59,109 nt of DNA from Puniceicoccales bacterium (GCA_031290195.1 JAITOA010000018.1:1-59109), one strand, 5' to 3'. Counted from the first letter of the stretch, positions 27,808 through 36,647 are shown. The notes: generated by a model from the sequence alone, not told the origin. Numbers and translations are program-made.

Positions 27808-29157
27808 ATGAAACTTTTGACGAAGCATGCGCACGGTTCCGTGCGGGAGCTGTGGACCATTGCGTGGCCGCTGGTTTTATCGGCGGCGGCCAATATGTTT
27901 ATGCTGCTGGGAGACCGCATTGTGCTGTCCCGCTACTCCACGGAAGCCTTCAACGCAAATGTCGGTGCTCTGCCCTGGGTTTGGACGGCCTATTTCCCAT
28001 TATTTTCCATCGTTTTTATTGCCAATGTTTTCGTCGGCCGTCACAATGGTGCCGGTGACTTTAAGAAAATTGGGCCCACCGTCTGGCAAATGCTGTGGTT
28101 TTCCCTTGCCCTTCTAGTTCCCTTACTGCCACTCTCCTACTTCCTTGCACCCCATTTGCTCGCCCATGATCTTCGCGGGCTCGGGGTTCCCTATTTGCGC
28201 ATCCTGCTGCCATCGGTGCCCATTTCCCTGGCCTCTTTCGGGGCGTTGGCTGCTTTTTTTACGGGTCGTGGGGAGACCCGCCTCGTTTCCGCCGTATCCC
28301 TATTTTGCAACGTGCTCAATTTTGCCTTGGATACGCTGCTGGTTTTCGGCATCGGCCCCTTTCCTGAAATGGGTATCTGCGGTGCCGCCTGGGGAACGGT
28401 CATTGCCCAGCTGATTGCTCTTTGTCTTTTCGGATTTTTTTTCCTCGACCGGCGTCACCGGGAGAAGTACGGGGTCAATGACTGCCGTTTCAATGGCCGC
28501 ATTTTTTGGCAATGCTTCCGCGTTGGCGGCCCCAATGCCTTTAGTGCGACGATCAATTTTATCCTGTGGAGCTGGATCGTTCAGGTGATGGCCCACTACG
28601 TCAGTTCGGAAAATTTTACCGCCTTCGGGGTCAGCAATACGCTCTTTTACTTTCTGCTATTCTTTGTCGAAGGGGTGAGTTTGGCTACGGGAACCATTGC
28701 CTCCAACGCCTACGGTGCCGGTGCCTGGGAGGTCATCGGAAGGAACGCACGTTCCTGGCTAAAATTATCCATTTCCTTCAGTATTTTTGCTTTTTTTGTG
28801 ATGGTGATTTACCCGCGCCCCCTCCTGTTTTTCTTCGTCGACGGACCGATGACCGATGGCTTCCGGTCAAATCTAAAGACCATGCTTTTTCTTACCTGGC
28901 TTGCCATCGCCAACACCGGCATAGAATTCAATCAGCGGCAAACTCTAACTGCCTTCGGGGACACTCTTTTTACCATGGGGGCCAGCCTGTTCGGCTACGC
29001 CGGGATGGTCATTATCCCGGGATTCATTGCCCTCCGAATGACCCACAACGGCGCCTCCTTCCTCGTTGTGGAGGCCATCAGTCAGATTTTTTTCATCATC
29101 ACTTTTTACCTGCGCTACCGTTTCCACTGGATGCGGCATCGGTCCCCGTCGCCGTGA
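27808..29157 (+). CDS. MATE family efflux transporter
   Basis: 12-TM profile with N-terminal VRELWTIAWPLVLSAAANMFMLLGDRIVLSRYS, typical of NorM/DinF-like MATE proteins. Confidence 0.9.
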   Translation: MKLLTKHAHGSVRELWTIAWPLVLSAAANMFMLLGDRIVLSRYSTEAFNANVGALPWVWTAYFPLFSIVFIANVFVGRHNGAGDFKKIGPTVWQMLWFSLALLVPLLPLSYFLAPHLLAHDLRGLGVPYLRILLPSVPISLASFGALAAFFTGRGETRLVSAVSLFCNVLNFALDTLLVFGIGPFPEMGICGAAWGTVIAQLIALCLFGFFFLDRRHREKYGVNDCRFNGRIFWQCFRVGGPNAFSATINFILWSWIVQVMAHYVSSENFTAFGVSNTLFYFLLFFVEGVSLATGTIASNAYGAGAWEVIGRNARSWLKLSISFSIFAFFVMVIYPRPLLFFFVDGPMTDGFRSNLKTMLFLTWLAIANTGIEFNQRQTLTAFGDTLFTMGASLFGYAGMVIIPGFIALRMTHNGASFLVVEAISQIFFIITFYLRYRFHWMRHRSPSP

Positions 29158-30120
29158 CGGATGCACAGTTCCATGGATCGTTAAATTTTTCCCATCGGAG
29201 GAACATTGCCAATGTGCGGCCAGGGAATGGCAAAATTTTTTACCGCACTCTATGTTTTCTAGAAAAATTGCCATCTGCCGCCGGCTAACAGTGAATTTTT
29301 GTTCCGAAAAGAAACGGTGAAGGACCCGCCTCCGCAGGGCCCGGGGGGCGCCTTTGAGAGGTTCTAGTCGCAGGAAGGAGCCCGCCACGGAAATTTCATG
29401 GAGGTCACTGGCCAGCGATTCCAGGGCATCGGAGTCTTCGAGGAGCAATTCCCGACTGTGGAGCAGTGACCTTTCAAAGTTCCGCAGCGGTTCGAAGGAG
29501 CGCCAGAGGGGCAGCAGTTCCAGACGGACACGGTTTCTGGTGTGGACAGGCTGGCCGTTGGTTTCGTCCTCGCACCAGGGCTGACCAATGGCCACCAAAT
29601 ATTGTTTCAAGTTCTCCTTCGTTAGGTGCAATAGGGGGCGCAGGTGCACGCTTCCATCCAGAAATCGCTGGACTTCACGGGGTGCCGTAAGTCCCTCCAA
29701 ATTAGCTCCGCGGGCCAGCCGCAGCAGAAAAGTTTCCAGGGCGTCGTCCCGATGGTGGGCGGTGAGCAGGTAGGGCGTGTGATAGTCGGCCATGACACGG
29801 CGGAAAAATGCCATCCGGTGCCGCCGAAGGTCCGCCTCATTGAGTCCGCCCCCATTCTCCAGGGAGGACCGGTGAAAGGGAAGTTCCAGCTCCGAAGTCA
29901 GATTTTCCACAAATTTTTGATCCCGCCGGGAAGTTATTGGCCGAACGCCGTGGTCAAAGTGGAGAACGGCGAGCCGACTCCGCAGCTGCGGAGTCGTTCC
30001 GTGGAGAAGACGGAGGAGGGCGACGGAGTCGGCGCCGCCGGAGCAGGCGACACAGAGGACTTCCCCGGGAAATTCTCCGGTGGCGGCGAGCGCGTTTTCG
30101 GAGAGAAAAACTCCTTCCAC
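28945..30120 (-). CDS. tilS: tRNA(Ile)-lysidine synthase
   Basis: PP-loop VACSGGADSVALL lies about 25 aa after GTG 30120. The ORF is open to 30399, but that extension has no homology and overlaps the divergent gene. The last ~70 codons run antisense to the MATE gene. Confidence 0.88.
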   Translation of the reverse strand: MEGVFLSENALAATGEFPGEVLCVACSGGADSVALLRLLHGTTPQLRSRLAVLHFDHGVRPITSRRDQKFVENLTSELELPFHRSSLENGGGLNEADLRRHRMAFFRRVMADYHTPYLLTAHHRDDALETFLLRLARGANLEGLTAPREVQRFLDGSVHLRPLLHLTKENLKQYLVAIGQPWCEDETNGQPVHTRNRVRLELLPLWRSFEPLRNFERSLLHSRELLLEDSDALESLASDLHEISVAGSFLRLEPLKGAPRALRRRVLHRFFSEQKFTVSRRQMAIFLENIECGKKFCHSLAAHWQCSSDGKNLTIHGTVHPSRRRGPMPHPVETVAQVKSDDEKNLTDGLHNEEGGAVVGHSEGNESRDNDHPGVAEQAGPHGKKSVPEGS

Positions 30121-30251
30121 CGACGCAGGACAAAAAAAATTCAGAGGGAAGCAAGAATTTCGACCGGGAAAAATGGAATGGAAAATGTGAAGAAGATCCT
30201 TTTTTGCAAAAAACCCTTGCGCAGAAAGAAAAAAGTTTGGAAAATCCGACC

Positions 30252-33200
30252 GTGATCTACTGGAAACGGCGACGGGTGTTATCAAATTGCAGCGGCATTT
30301 CAGGGAAGAAAGGAAGCGGTGGGTCGGCCGGAGCGGACAAATCCGGGCCATCACTACGGAAAAATCTTCTTTTCGGTCTGATCGCCGCAGTAACGGCATT
30401 TTTCCCGGTCCAGTCTGCCACCGCGGCCGTTTACAGCTACACTGATAGCATAGGAGCCCGCGTCGAAGCTGAGGAGTCTTTGGCCATTTTCGGAAATGAA
30501 ATCGTTGTTGAGGGTGAGTACTATTTTACTCCGGACAGCAGTACATGTGATAACAAGGTGCAAGTAAACTACGGTAGCGCGAAAGCCGATCCGGACCATA
30601 TTTTTGGTGGCCTGTCCATCGGAATCGGCAATGTCCATGGCAATGAAGTTGAAGTCATAAATGACAATGACTGTGAAACCGTGAATATCCACGGAGGATT
30701 TGCTTTCTACGGGGACGCGTATGGGAATGAGCTGATGATTGGTGCATCCGCCTCCGCCAATGGAGCCATGGGGGGATCCGCTTACCTGGGGAATGCCCAT
30801 GGCAATATCCTCACATTTCGGGGAATTTTTGCGGACTTCCTCTGTGGAGGTTGCGTTGGTTCCAGGGGAAATGCCTACGAAAATGAAGTGATCATTTCTG
30901 CGGACGACGACAGCACCATCGAGAAAGTTCACGGCGGAAGAACCTTCTGGGGAGATGCCTGTAGCAACGTTGTGTCTGTTTTCGGTGGAACTATTTCCGA
31001 AGAAATCCACGGCGGCGAAGTCATGAACGACGGCAATGCCCATGGAAATTCGGTAAAAATTTTTGCGTCCTCTGATGAGTGCGATGTGACCATATTTGGC
31101 GGCAGCGTCGCGGGAATGGGTGATGCCTACGGAAATGTCGTTGGGGTTGTTGGTGAGAACGATGACGGTGACCTCTTCTCCGTTGGCGCTATTCAGACGT
31201 CCGTCGGCGACATCCATGGAGGCTACGCGAACAGCGGAGATGCCTACGGGAATAACGTTTACTTTTCCGGGGGTTCCGGAGGAAATTTCTACGGCGGCAC
31301 ATCCATGGCCAATGGGTGTATCGGAAATGCATATAATAACAGAGTAAAAGTTTTTTCCGGGGAAGTTGGGGATGTCCACGGGGGATACTGCGCCGGATCT
31401 GGAAATGTGTATGGCAATGGGGTGGAAATTTCCGGATCCGACACCGAAGTGGGATCCGTTTTCGGAGGCTATGTCCAATTGGTATGTAGAGAGATAGAAT
31501 ATGAGGATGAGGATGGAGATATAGAGGAAGTGGAAGATGAAGTTCCCGCCGCCCCCGCCGGAGTCGCATCCGGCAAATATGAAGTTATCGGCGGCTTCGG
31601 AGACGCATCCGGCAATTTTGTATCTTTTTCGGGTGCCCATTCCGCCGATGTCTTCGGCGGGAAAACTTCTTTCGGCGATTCCTGCGGCAATGTGGTGTCA
31701 ATTTCCTCCGGAGAAATTTCCGATTCCGTCATCGGTGGATGTAGCTTTAAGGGTCATTCCTGCAACAATGTTGTGAATATTTCCGGTGATAGTACGTCCG
31801 TTGCATACTGCATTGTAGGCGGCTGCGTTGACCTATGGCTCCCCGACGAACCTACGGTGTACGATGATGGGACCGAATTTTCCTACGGAACCTATTGGGA
31901 CTACGAAGACCGCGGTGGTATCGGAAATGCATGTGGAAATAGTGTGAATTTTTCCGGTCAATGGTGCAGCGAGATCTATGGGGGGTACACGTTCTTTGGA
32001 AATGCGAGCGGCAATGCGGTAACCATTTCCGGCGGTGGAATTGATTATGTGTACGGTGGTTACACGGAAAGGGGCGACGCCGATGGCAACACCGTTAATC
32101 TTTCCAATTGCTCAGTTAGAGCAGCCGGTGGTGGCTTGACGGATATCTGGGGTAATGCGCGGAACAATGTCGTCCATGTGAAGGATTCCTCTGTTTGGGG
32201 TCAAGGAGTTTGGGGAGGCAGTGCGGAATTTGGCATAGTCAAAGGCAATAGTGTGTGCATTGAAAACTCCTATGTTTCGGGTTCAATCGTTGGCGGTGAG
32301 GCCGTGGATGCTCGGAGCCACGTGTGCAATAACTCGGTAACTATCGCCGGCACCTCTGACATTTCCAGCGCGACGCTGCTCGGCTGGTCGTCGCTTTCCG
32401 GAGGAACTTTGGCGATGCACGGCGGAAACGCCCTCCATTTGAAGGGTTGGAGAGGAAGCGTTGCCAGCATTCAAAATTTTGAAATTCTCCGCTTCACTCT
32501 ACCTCGAGGAATCGAAAATGGAGAAACCATCGCAACCGTTGCTACCCCTGGCCCACTTAAGGTAGTAGTCTCTGACTGCGGATTAATCCTCCAGGATGAT
32601 TTTCTGGTCGAGATTGCCATCGACGCAACGCCGAAGCTCGTTGGAAACGACGAAATTTGCCTGATCGACGCTTCCGAGTGCGTATCAGGAGACTATGTCG
32701 TGGCCGATTTTGCCAATGACGACGACCAAACCACCTGCCGCTACGGCTGCAGCAATTACACCTTTGACCTGAGCGAAAGAAGTAACTGTCTCTACGCGAA
32801 ACTTACCAACGTCGAGCTCGTTCGCTCCTACCTGCATGGCGTTGCGGCGCGGACCAATGTGATCAATTCCAGCGGCGACCACATTTCCGGGCTCATTGAA
32901 AATTGGCAATTCGAAGAAGATTTCCTCGTGGCCAATAAAAAATTCAGCTGGTTCATCTCCGCCTTCGGAGAAAAAATGCACGCGAAGACAACTCCGGCCG
33001 TGACGAACCGGCGGGGATTGTTTGTTCTTGGCGGTGCCCTGGAGGGAGTTACGGCGACCGGTCAGCTGGTGGCCGGCCTGGCCACGGAGTGGGGCCTGGA
33101 TAGGTACAGTGTCATCGACGACTACGGAGGAGGGGATGGGAAAATTATCCATGCCGGATTAAATCTCTTCGCCATGCACCAGTGCGCCGGCGGGGTCATG

Positions 33201-33716
33201 GCCAGCGTTGCTGCCCGGTTCGGTGCTGGAAAAATTGAAGATGACGACGGCATTGGGGGGGGCTATGAGAATCGGAGCGCCTACTGTGGGACCCGAGTAG
33301 CCATCGGCTACGACCTGAGAGTTTCGCCAAAGGGAACCGTCGAAGGCCTAACAAAGCTCCTTTGGAACCGTCAATTCGATAAAAACTTACTCTCGCGAGC
33401 CGGAGAAGATCTGCGATTCGACGCCGTAAATTCTCTGAGAACCCAACTATGTCTGCGCTACGTGCATAGTACCCCAGAAGGATCCAATCTATTCGCCGGA
33501 ATTGCCTGGGAGAGGGAATTTGACGGAAAGATATCCGGCGGCGTCGGCGCCATCCACTATGGCGGGGACCATCTTGAACGGAAAGACAGTGCTCTTTTTG
33601 AACTTGGCCTGGAAGTCAAAACCGCAGAGCGCTGGGTCCTACAATGCGGCGCCCAGGGTTCAATTGGCGCCAGAGACGGCGTATCCGCAAGCCTGAAATT
33701 CTGCAAGAGCTTCTAG
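30252..33716 (+). CDS. large autotransporter-like outer-membrane repeat protein (paralogue 1)
   Basis: Signal-like LLFGLIAAVTAFFPVQSATA, a passenger of roughly 750 aa built from G(D/N)AxGNxV...GG repeats, and a C-terminal beta-barrel-like ~280 aa ending KFCKSF. Start is GTG 30252 or 30276; the ORF open from 29937 is antisense to tilS. Confidence 0.85.
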   Translation: MIYWKRRRVLSNCSGISGKKGSGGSAGADKSGPSLRKNLLFGLIAAVTAFFPVQSATAAVYSYTDSIGARVEAEESLAIFGNEIVVEGEYYFTPDSSTCDNKVQVNYGSAKADPDHIFGGLSIGIGNVHGNEVEVINDNDCETVNIHGGFAFYGDAYGNELMIGASASANGAMGGSAYLGNAHGNILTFRGIFADFLCGGCVGSRGNAYENEVIISADDDSTIEKVHGGRTFWGDACSNVVSVFGGTISEEIHGGEVMNDGNAHGNSVKIFASSDECDVTIFGGSVAGMGDAYGNVVGVVGENDDGDLFSVGAIQTSVGDIHGGYANSGDAYGNNVYFSGGSGGNFYGGTSMANGCIGNAYNNRVKVFSGEVGDVHGGYCAGSGNVYGNGVEISGSDTEVGSVFGGYVQLVCREIEYEDEDGDIEEVEDEVPAAPAGVASGKYEVIGGFGDASGNFVSFSGAHSADVFGGKTSFGDSCGNVVSISSGEISDSVIGGCSFKGHSCNNVVNISGDSTSVAYCIVGGCVDLWLPDEPTVYDDGTEFSYGTYWDYEDRGGIGNACGNSVNFSGQWCSEIYGGYTFFGNASGNAVTISGGGIDYVYGGYTERGDADGNTVNLSNCSVRAAGGGLTDIWGNARNNVVHVKDSSVWGQGVWGGSAEFGIVKGNSVCIENSYVSGSIVGGEAVDARSHVCNNSVTIAGTSDISSATLLGWSSLSGGTLAMHGGNALHLKGWRGSVASIQNFEILRFTLPRGIENGETIATVATPGPLKVVVSDCGLILQDDFLVEIAIDATPKLVGNDEICLIDASECVSGDYVVADFANDDDQTTCRYGCSNYTFDLSERSNCLYAKLTNVELVRSYLHGVAARTNVINSSGDHISGLIENWQFEEDFLVANKKFSWFISAFGEKMHAKTTPAVTNRRGLFVLGGALEGVTATGQLVAGLATEWGLDRYSVIDDYGGGDGKIIHAGLNLFAMHQCAGGVMASVAARFGAGKIEDDDGIGGGYENRSAYCGTRVAIGYDLRVSPKGTVEGLTKLLWNRQFDKNLLSRAGEDLRFDAVNSLRTQLCLRYVHSTPEGSNLFAGIAWEREFDGKISGGVGAIHYGGDHLERKDSALFELGLEVKTAERWVLQCGAQGSIGARDGVSASLKFCKSF
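33255..33262 (+). repeat. G8 homopolymer inside the barrel-coding part of autotransporter paralogue 1
   Basis: cattGGGGGGGGctat encodes GIGGGY. Confidence 0.95.
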
Positions 33717-33839
33717 GGGAGAAGCAGTCTTCGTCTTCGGTCGGTTAGCCCCATGGACGGGAATGACATCGAAGACTGGAACGCCGAAGCAACCACGCCA
33801 ACGTCGGAGTGGGAACTTCATCGGGAAGCCACAAAATTC

Positions 33840-34466
33840 TTAGATTATTCCCCTGATAGGCATCGGATCCAACGCCGGAGACCCCTCTTCGGCAAAGTCT
33901 TCCTCGAAGATGACCTGTAGGAAAATTTTACAAACGGCGTAGCAGGCTCGCTCGTAGATGAGATTTCTCTGGGTGGCATAGGAAGAAAAATCCAGCCTTT
34001 GGACAATTTCCCTGGTGGGCGTATGGATGGCAACCCAGACCAGGCCAACGGGCTGCGACGGAGAGCTGCCGGCGCGGGAACCAATGCCGACAACGGCAAT
34101 GGAAAAATCGGAAAACAATCTCCGCCGGAGGCCCTGCGCCATGGCGCCGGCAACCTCTCTGCTGGCCCAGTTGAAGTTTTGCAAAAAAATTTCCGGGATG
34201 TCCAGCAGGGACGCCATGGCCTTCTCCCCCCATACCACCACACTACCCGAAAAAACAGTCGCAATGTCCGGTTCGTTGGACCACAGATTGGACAGCATGC
34301 CCCCGGTCACGGCCTCGGCGATGGCAACGGTTTGCTTCCGCCGCCGCAGAATGGAGTGACACAGAGAAATGAGCGAATAGATATCCGTACCGCAGTCACG
34401 ACCCTGGAATGCGTAGTGGGACTCATCCAGAGACCCGTCTACCGCGTGCACACCACCCGTTGTCAT
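33840..34466 (-). CDS. pncC: CinA-C-terminal-domain / nicotinamide-nucleotide amidohydrolase (PncC-like)
   Basis: TVAIAEAVTGGMLSNLWS..GSVVVWGEKAMASLLDIP..REVAGAMAQG..IAVVGIGSRAGSSPSQPVGLVWVAI matches the CinA_C pattern (ESCTGG..VtYsneaK..GiAGP..kPvGtV). Confidence 0.85.
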   Translation of the reverse strand: MTTGGVHAVDGSLDESHYAFQGRDCGTDIYSLISLCHSILRRRKQTVAIAEAVTGGMLSNLWSNEPDIATVFSGSVVVWGEKAMASLLDIPEIFLQNFNWASREVAGAMAQGLRRRLFSDFSIAVVGIGSRAGSSPSQPVGLVWVAIHTPTREIVQRLDFSSYATQRNLIYERACYAVCKIFLQVIFEEDFAEEGSPALDPMPIRGII

Positions 34467-34529
34467 TTTTACCTTGACAGGGACGGTTATAGGGATGCAT
34501 TTGCATTGTCAAAGCGAAAGTTTTGCTGA

Positions 34530-34920
34530 GGGGGCGCATTGGATTCGATTCCGCGAAGCAGAACGGCGCTGCATGCCGGAGAAGGGTGGTTGGCTCCGTT
34601 ATCAATCCATTCATTGTCACTAAATGGCAAAAATAACATCGTTGGTGGTGTTCAGTTCCGCGGAAGCGGGCTGAAGGCTGCCTAGGCAATGCCGCCCAAT
34701 GAGGCGGCACGGCGTGGGGCTGTTCGCCCACCGGGCTCCACGCCGGTTGTCGGTGGGCAAGGCTTCGGAGGAGTGCGGACCCGGAGCCGAGATTACGCGC
34801 TCGCCGAAGGCATTCTAGGCTGCACCGGAATCCTTTGGTTAAATCCAAGGCACAGCTAAGCATGTAGACGCACCGTTCGAGGGCACGGAAGACGTGGGTT
34901 CAACTCCCACCGCCTCCACC
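34530..34920 (+). ncRNA. ssrA: tmRNA (ssrA)
   Basis: The 5' GGGGGCGCATTGGATTCGA and the 3' GGAAGACGTGGGTTCAACTCCCACCGCCTCCACC form a tRNA-Ala-like acceptor with G3-U and a T arm. Internal tag ORF 34626-34685 encodes GKNNIVGGVQFRGSGLKAA-stop. The terminal CCA is only partly encoded (CC). Confidence 0.93.
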
Positions 34921-35138
34921 GAATCTTTTCCCGGACCCTCAATTTCCGGGGCTGCTTCCGTTGGCGTTGCATTGGACTACGCCTTCCAATTGCCTTTTCA
35001 TTTGCCCGACCCTTCAATTCCACCGGATCCGGCAGTGAACTTCGATTTGTCGGAGGGAGGTTGGGCGCCCAAACAAATCCTGCCTTCGAACATCTTCGTG
35101 GCTTGTCCTTTGGGGAATTGCAGTTTCTTTTTCACGCC

Positions 35139-36029
35139 ATGCCGTTCTCGAGTCTTCCATTGCCGCTGTTTGCCCTTGCCATCTTCCTCGGAGGTGGAAC
35201 TGCCGGAGCCTTCCCATTCTCTACGGTCGAAGCACTGGCGTCTGGAGCGATGCAGGGAATTACGGAATTTTTGCCAATTTCTTCGTCGGCACACCTGCTT
35301 CTTCTGGAAAGGGTTCTGACCGGTGAAAACCTTTCTAGGAGTGGCCGAGGGGTAGTTTTGACGAATTACCACCTTCTGCTGCAGTTGGCATCCATTTTCC
35401 CAGTTTTTTGGATTTACCGGCGGCGTATTGGTCAAATCCTCTCCGCTGTCATCCTTCGCTCCTCCCGGGCGCATCTGCGGCCGCTGGGGCTACTCCTCGT
35501 GGCGTTTTTTCCGTCTGCGGCGATGGGGCTTTTCGTGGACCGTCATTTTTGTGCCGCCGCCGTTGCTACTCCCCTAATGGGATCGTTCCTCTTTGCCGGA
35601 GGTGTGGGCATCCTCCTCTTCGAAAGGCTCCGCGGAAATCGCGGCCGTGGGAACATCGAAAATCTTTCCTGGCGCTCCGCTTGGACCATTGGACTGCTGC
35701 AAACCTTTGCTTTATTCCCCGGGGTAAGCCGTTCCCTGCTTTCCATCGTTGGTGGGTTGTGGATGGGACTTTCTCCGGCCTCCGCCGTAGAATTTAGCTT
35801 TCTTCTCGGGAGTGGGACAATCTGTGCCGCGGTTGCCCATAGACTACTTACTAGACAAATGGCCAGCATTCTTCCCCTTCCTGTTTTTCCCCTTACCGTC
35901 GGAATTTTTACCGCCTTTTTCTGCTCGGCGCTGTCCATTTCCTTCCTGCTCCATTGGCTGCAACGGCATTCGCTGCGTATCTTTGGCGTCTATCGCATTG
36001 GGCTGGGAATTTTTCTCCTCTTCCTTTGA
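35139..36029 (+). CDS. uppP: undecaprenyl-diphosphate phosphatase
   Basis: GITEFLPISSSAHLLL motif, multi-TM profile, and a second motif PGVSRSLLSIVGG. Confidence 0.93.
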   Translation: MPFSSLPLPLFALAIFLGGGTAGAFPFSTVEALASGAMQGITEFLPISSSAHLLLLERVLTGENLSRSGRGVVLTNYHLLLQLASIFPVFWIYRRRIGQILSAVILRSSRAHLRPLGLLLVAFFPSAAMGLFVDRHFCAAAVATPLMGSFLFAGGVGILLFERLRGNRGRGNIENLSWRSAWTIGLLQTFALFPGVSRSLLSIVGGLWMGLSPASAVEFSFLLGSGTICAAVAHRLLTRQMASILPLPVFPLTVGIFTAFFCSALSISFLLHWLQRHSLRIFGVYRIGLGIFLLFL

Positions 36030-36273
36030 AGCCCGGCCCTGGAACTTTTAGGATCCGCCCTCCATCCCAGTTACCTATGAAAGATTTTGAAATTTTCTAC
36101 AATTTAGGAATTTCGTGCTTGCAATTGACCCGATGATTTTTGGAGTAGGCCCCACGTGAGGGTGAGTGTACCCCATGGCTCTTCTAAGGAAGTTAAACGG
36201 GGTTATCGGCGGGGGTCGCTGGGTCTGCAGAGTCTGTGAGGGTCTCTAAAAGTCATGTGTTGATGGAATATTT

Positions 36274-36537
36274 ATGTCGCAAGTTGATAAAGCTCGGGTC
36301 ATTGAAGAATTTCGGCTCAATGGGAAGGATACGGGTTCCTGCGAGGTGCAGGCGGCCCTTTTGACAGCGCGCATTCAGCAGCTGACCAATCATCTCAAGG
36401 AACATCGAAAGGATTTCCATTCGCGGAGAGGACTGATCGCCATGGCCAATCGCCGGCGGCGACTCCTTTCCTACGTTAAGGCAAAGGATGCGGAAGCTTA
36501 TACGTGCCTCATTAGGGCACTTGGTCTGCGAAAGTGA
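36274..36537 (+). CDS. rpsO: 30S ribosomal protein S15
   Basis: [36 protein letters not shown] is classic S15. Confidence 0.97.
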   Translation: MSQVDKARVIEEFRLNGKDTGSCEVQAALLTARIQQLTNHLKEHRKDFHSRRGLIAMANRRRRLLSYVKAKDAEAYTCLIRALGLRK

Positions 36538-36647
36538 TTGAATTCGCGTCGTTTTAATTAACAAACCGGAAAAATGTTGGCCATTGGGACGGCGTGGGCC
36601 GGACAGGCGGAGACGCCGGGAGTTTGAAAAAGTGGAAAGAGTAGATA

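Noticed and set aside
27600-28058. 152-aa ORF spanning the tRNA-Arg gene and the start of the MATE gene
   Set aside because: It runs through a canonical tRNA and is out of frame with the MATE transporter, which has a proper TM profile.
29937-30251. N-terminal 105-codon extension of the autotransporter-1 ORF (MAERRGQSGERR...)
   Set aside because: It is Arg-rich junk lying antisense to the well-supported PP-loop N-terminus of tilS. The signal-peptide-like segment begins only after the GTG codons at 30252 and 30276.
30354-31640. 428-aa ORF on the minus strand inside autotransporter 1
   Set aside because: It is entirely antisense to a gene with clear repeat, signal and barrel logic. Its translation is low-complexity with no start context or family signal. 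Such long shadow ORFs are typical opposite repetitive, codon-biased genes.
30252-33716. Identification of the two big surface proteins as chlamydial polymorphic membrane proteins (Pmps)
   Set aside because: The Pmp hallmarks, repeated GGA(I/L/V) and FxxN tetrapeptides, are not seen. The repeat here is G(D/N)AxGNxV..(H/F/Y)GG.
34423-35319. ORFs 34423-34863 (minus strand) and 34894-35319 (plus strand) overlapping the tmRNA gene and the uppP 5' region
   Set aside because: They overlap a confidently folded tmRNA, or are out of frame with uppP. Their composition is not protein-like.
36030-36273. Possible structured RNA (S15 autoregulatory leader, SRP, 6S or RNase P RNA) in the 245-bp region upstream of rpsO
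   Set aside because: I could not find conserved SRP/6S/RNase P motifs or a convincing pseudoknot or hairpin by eye. An rpsO leader remains possible but is unsupported.
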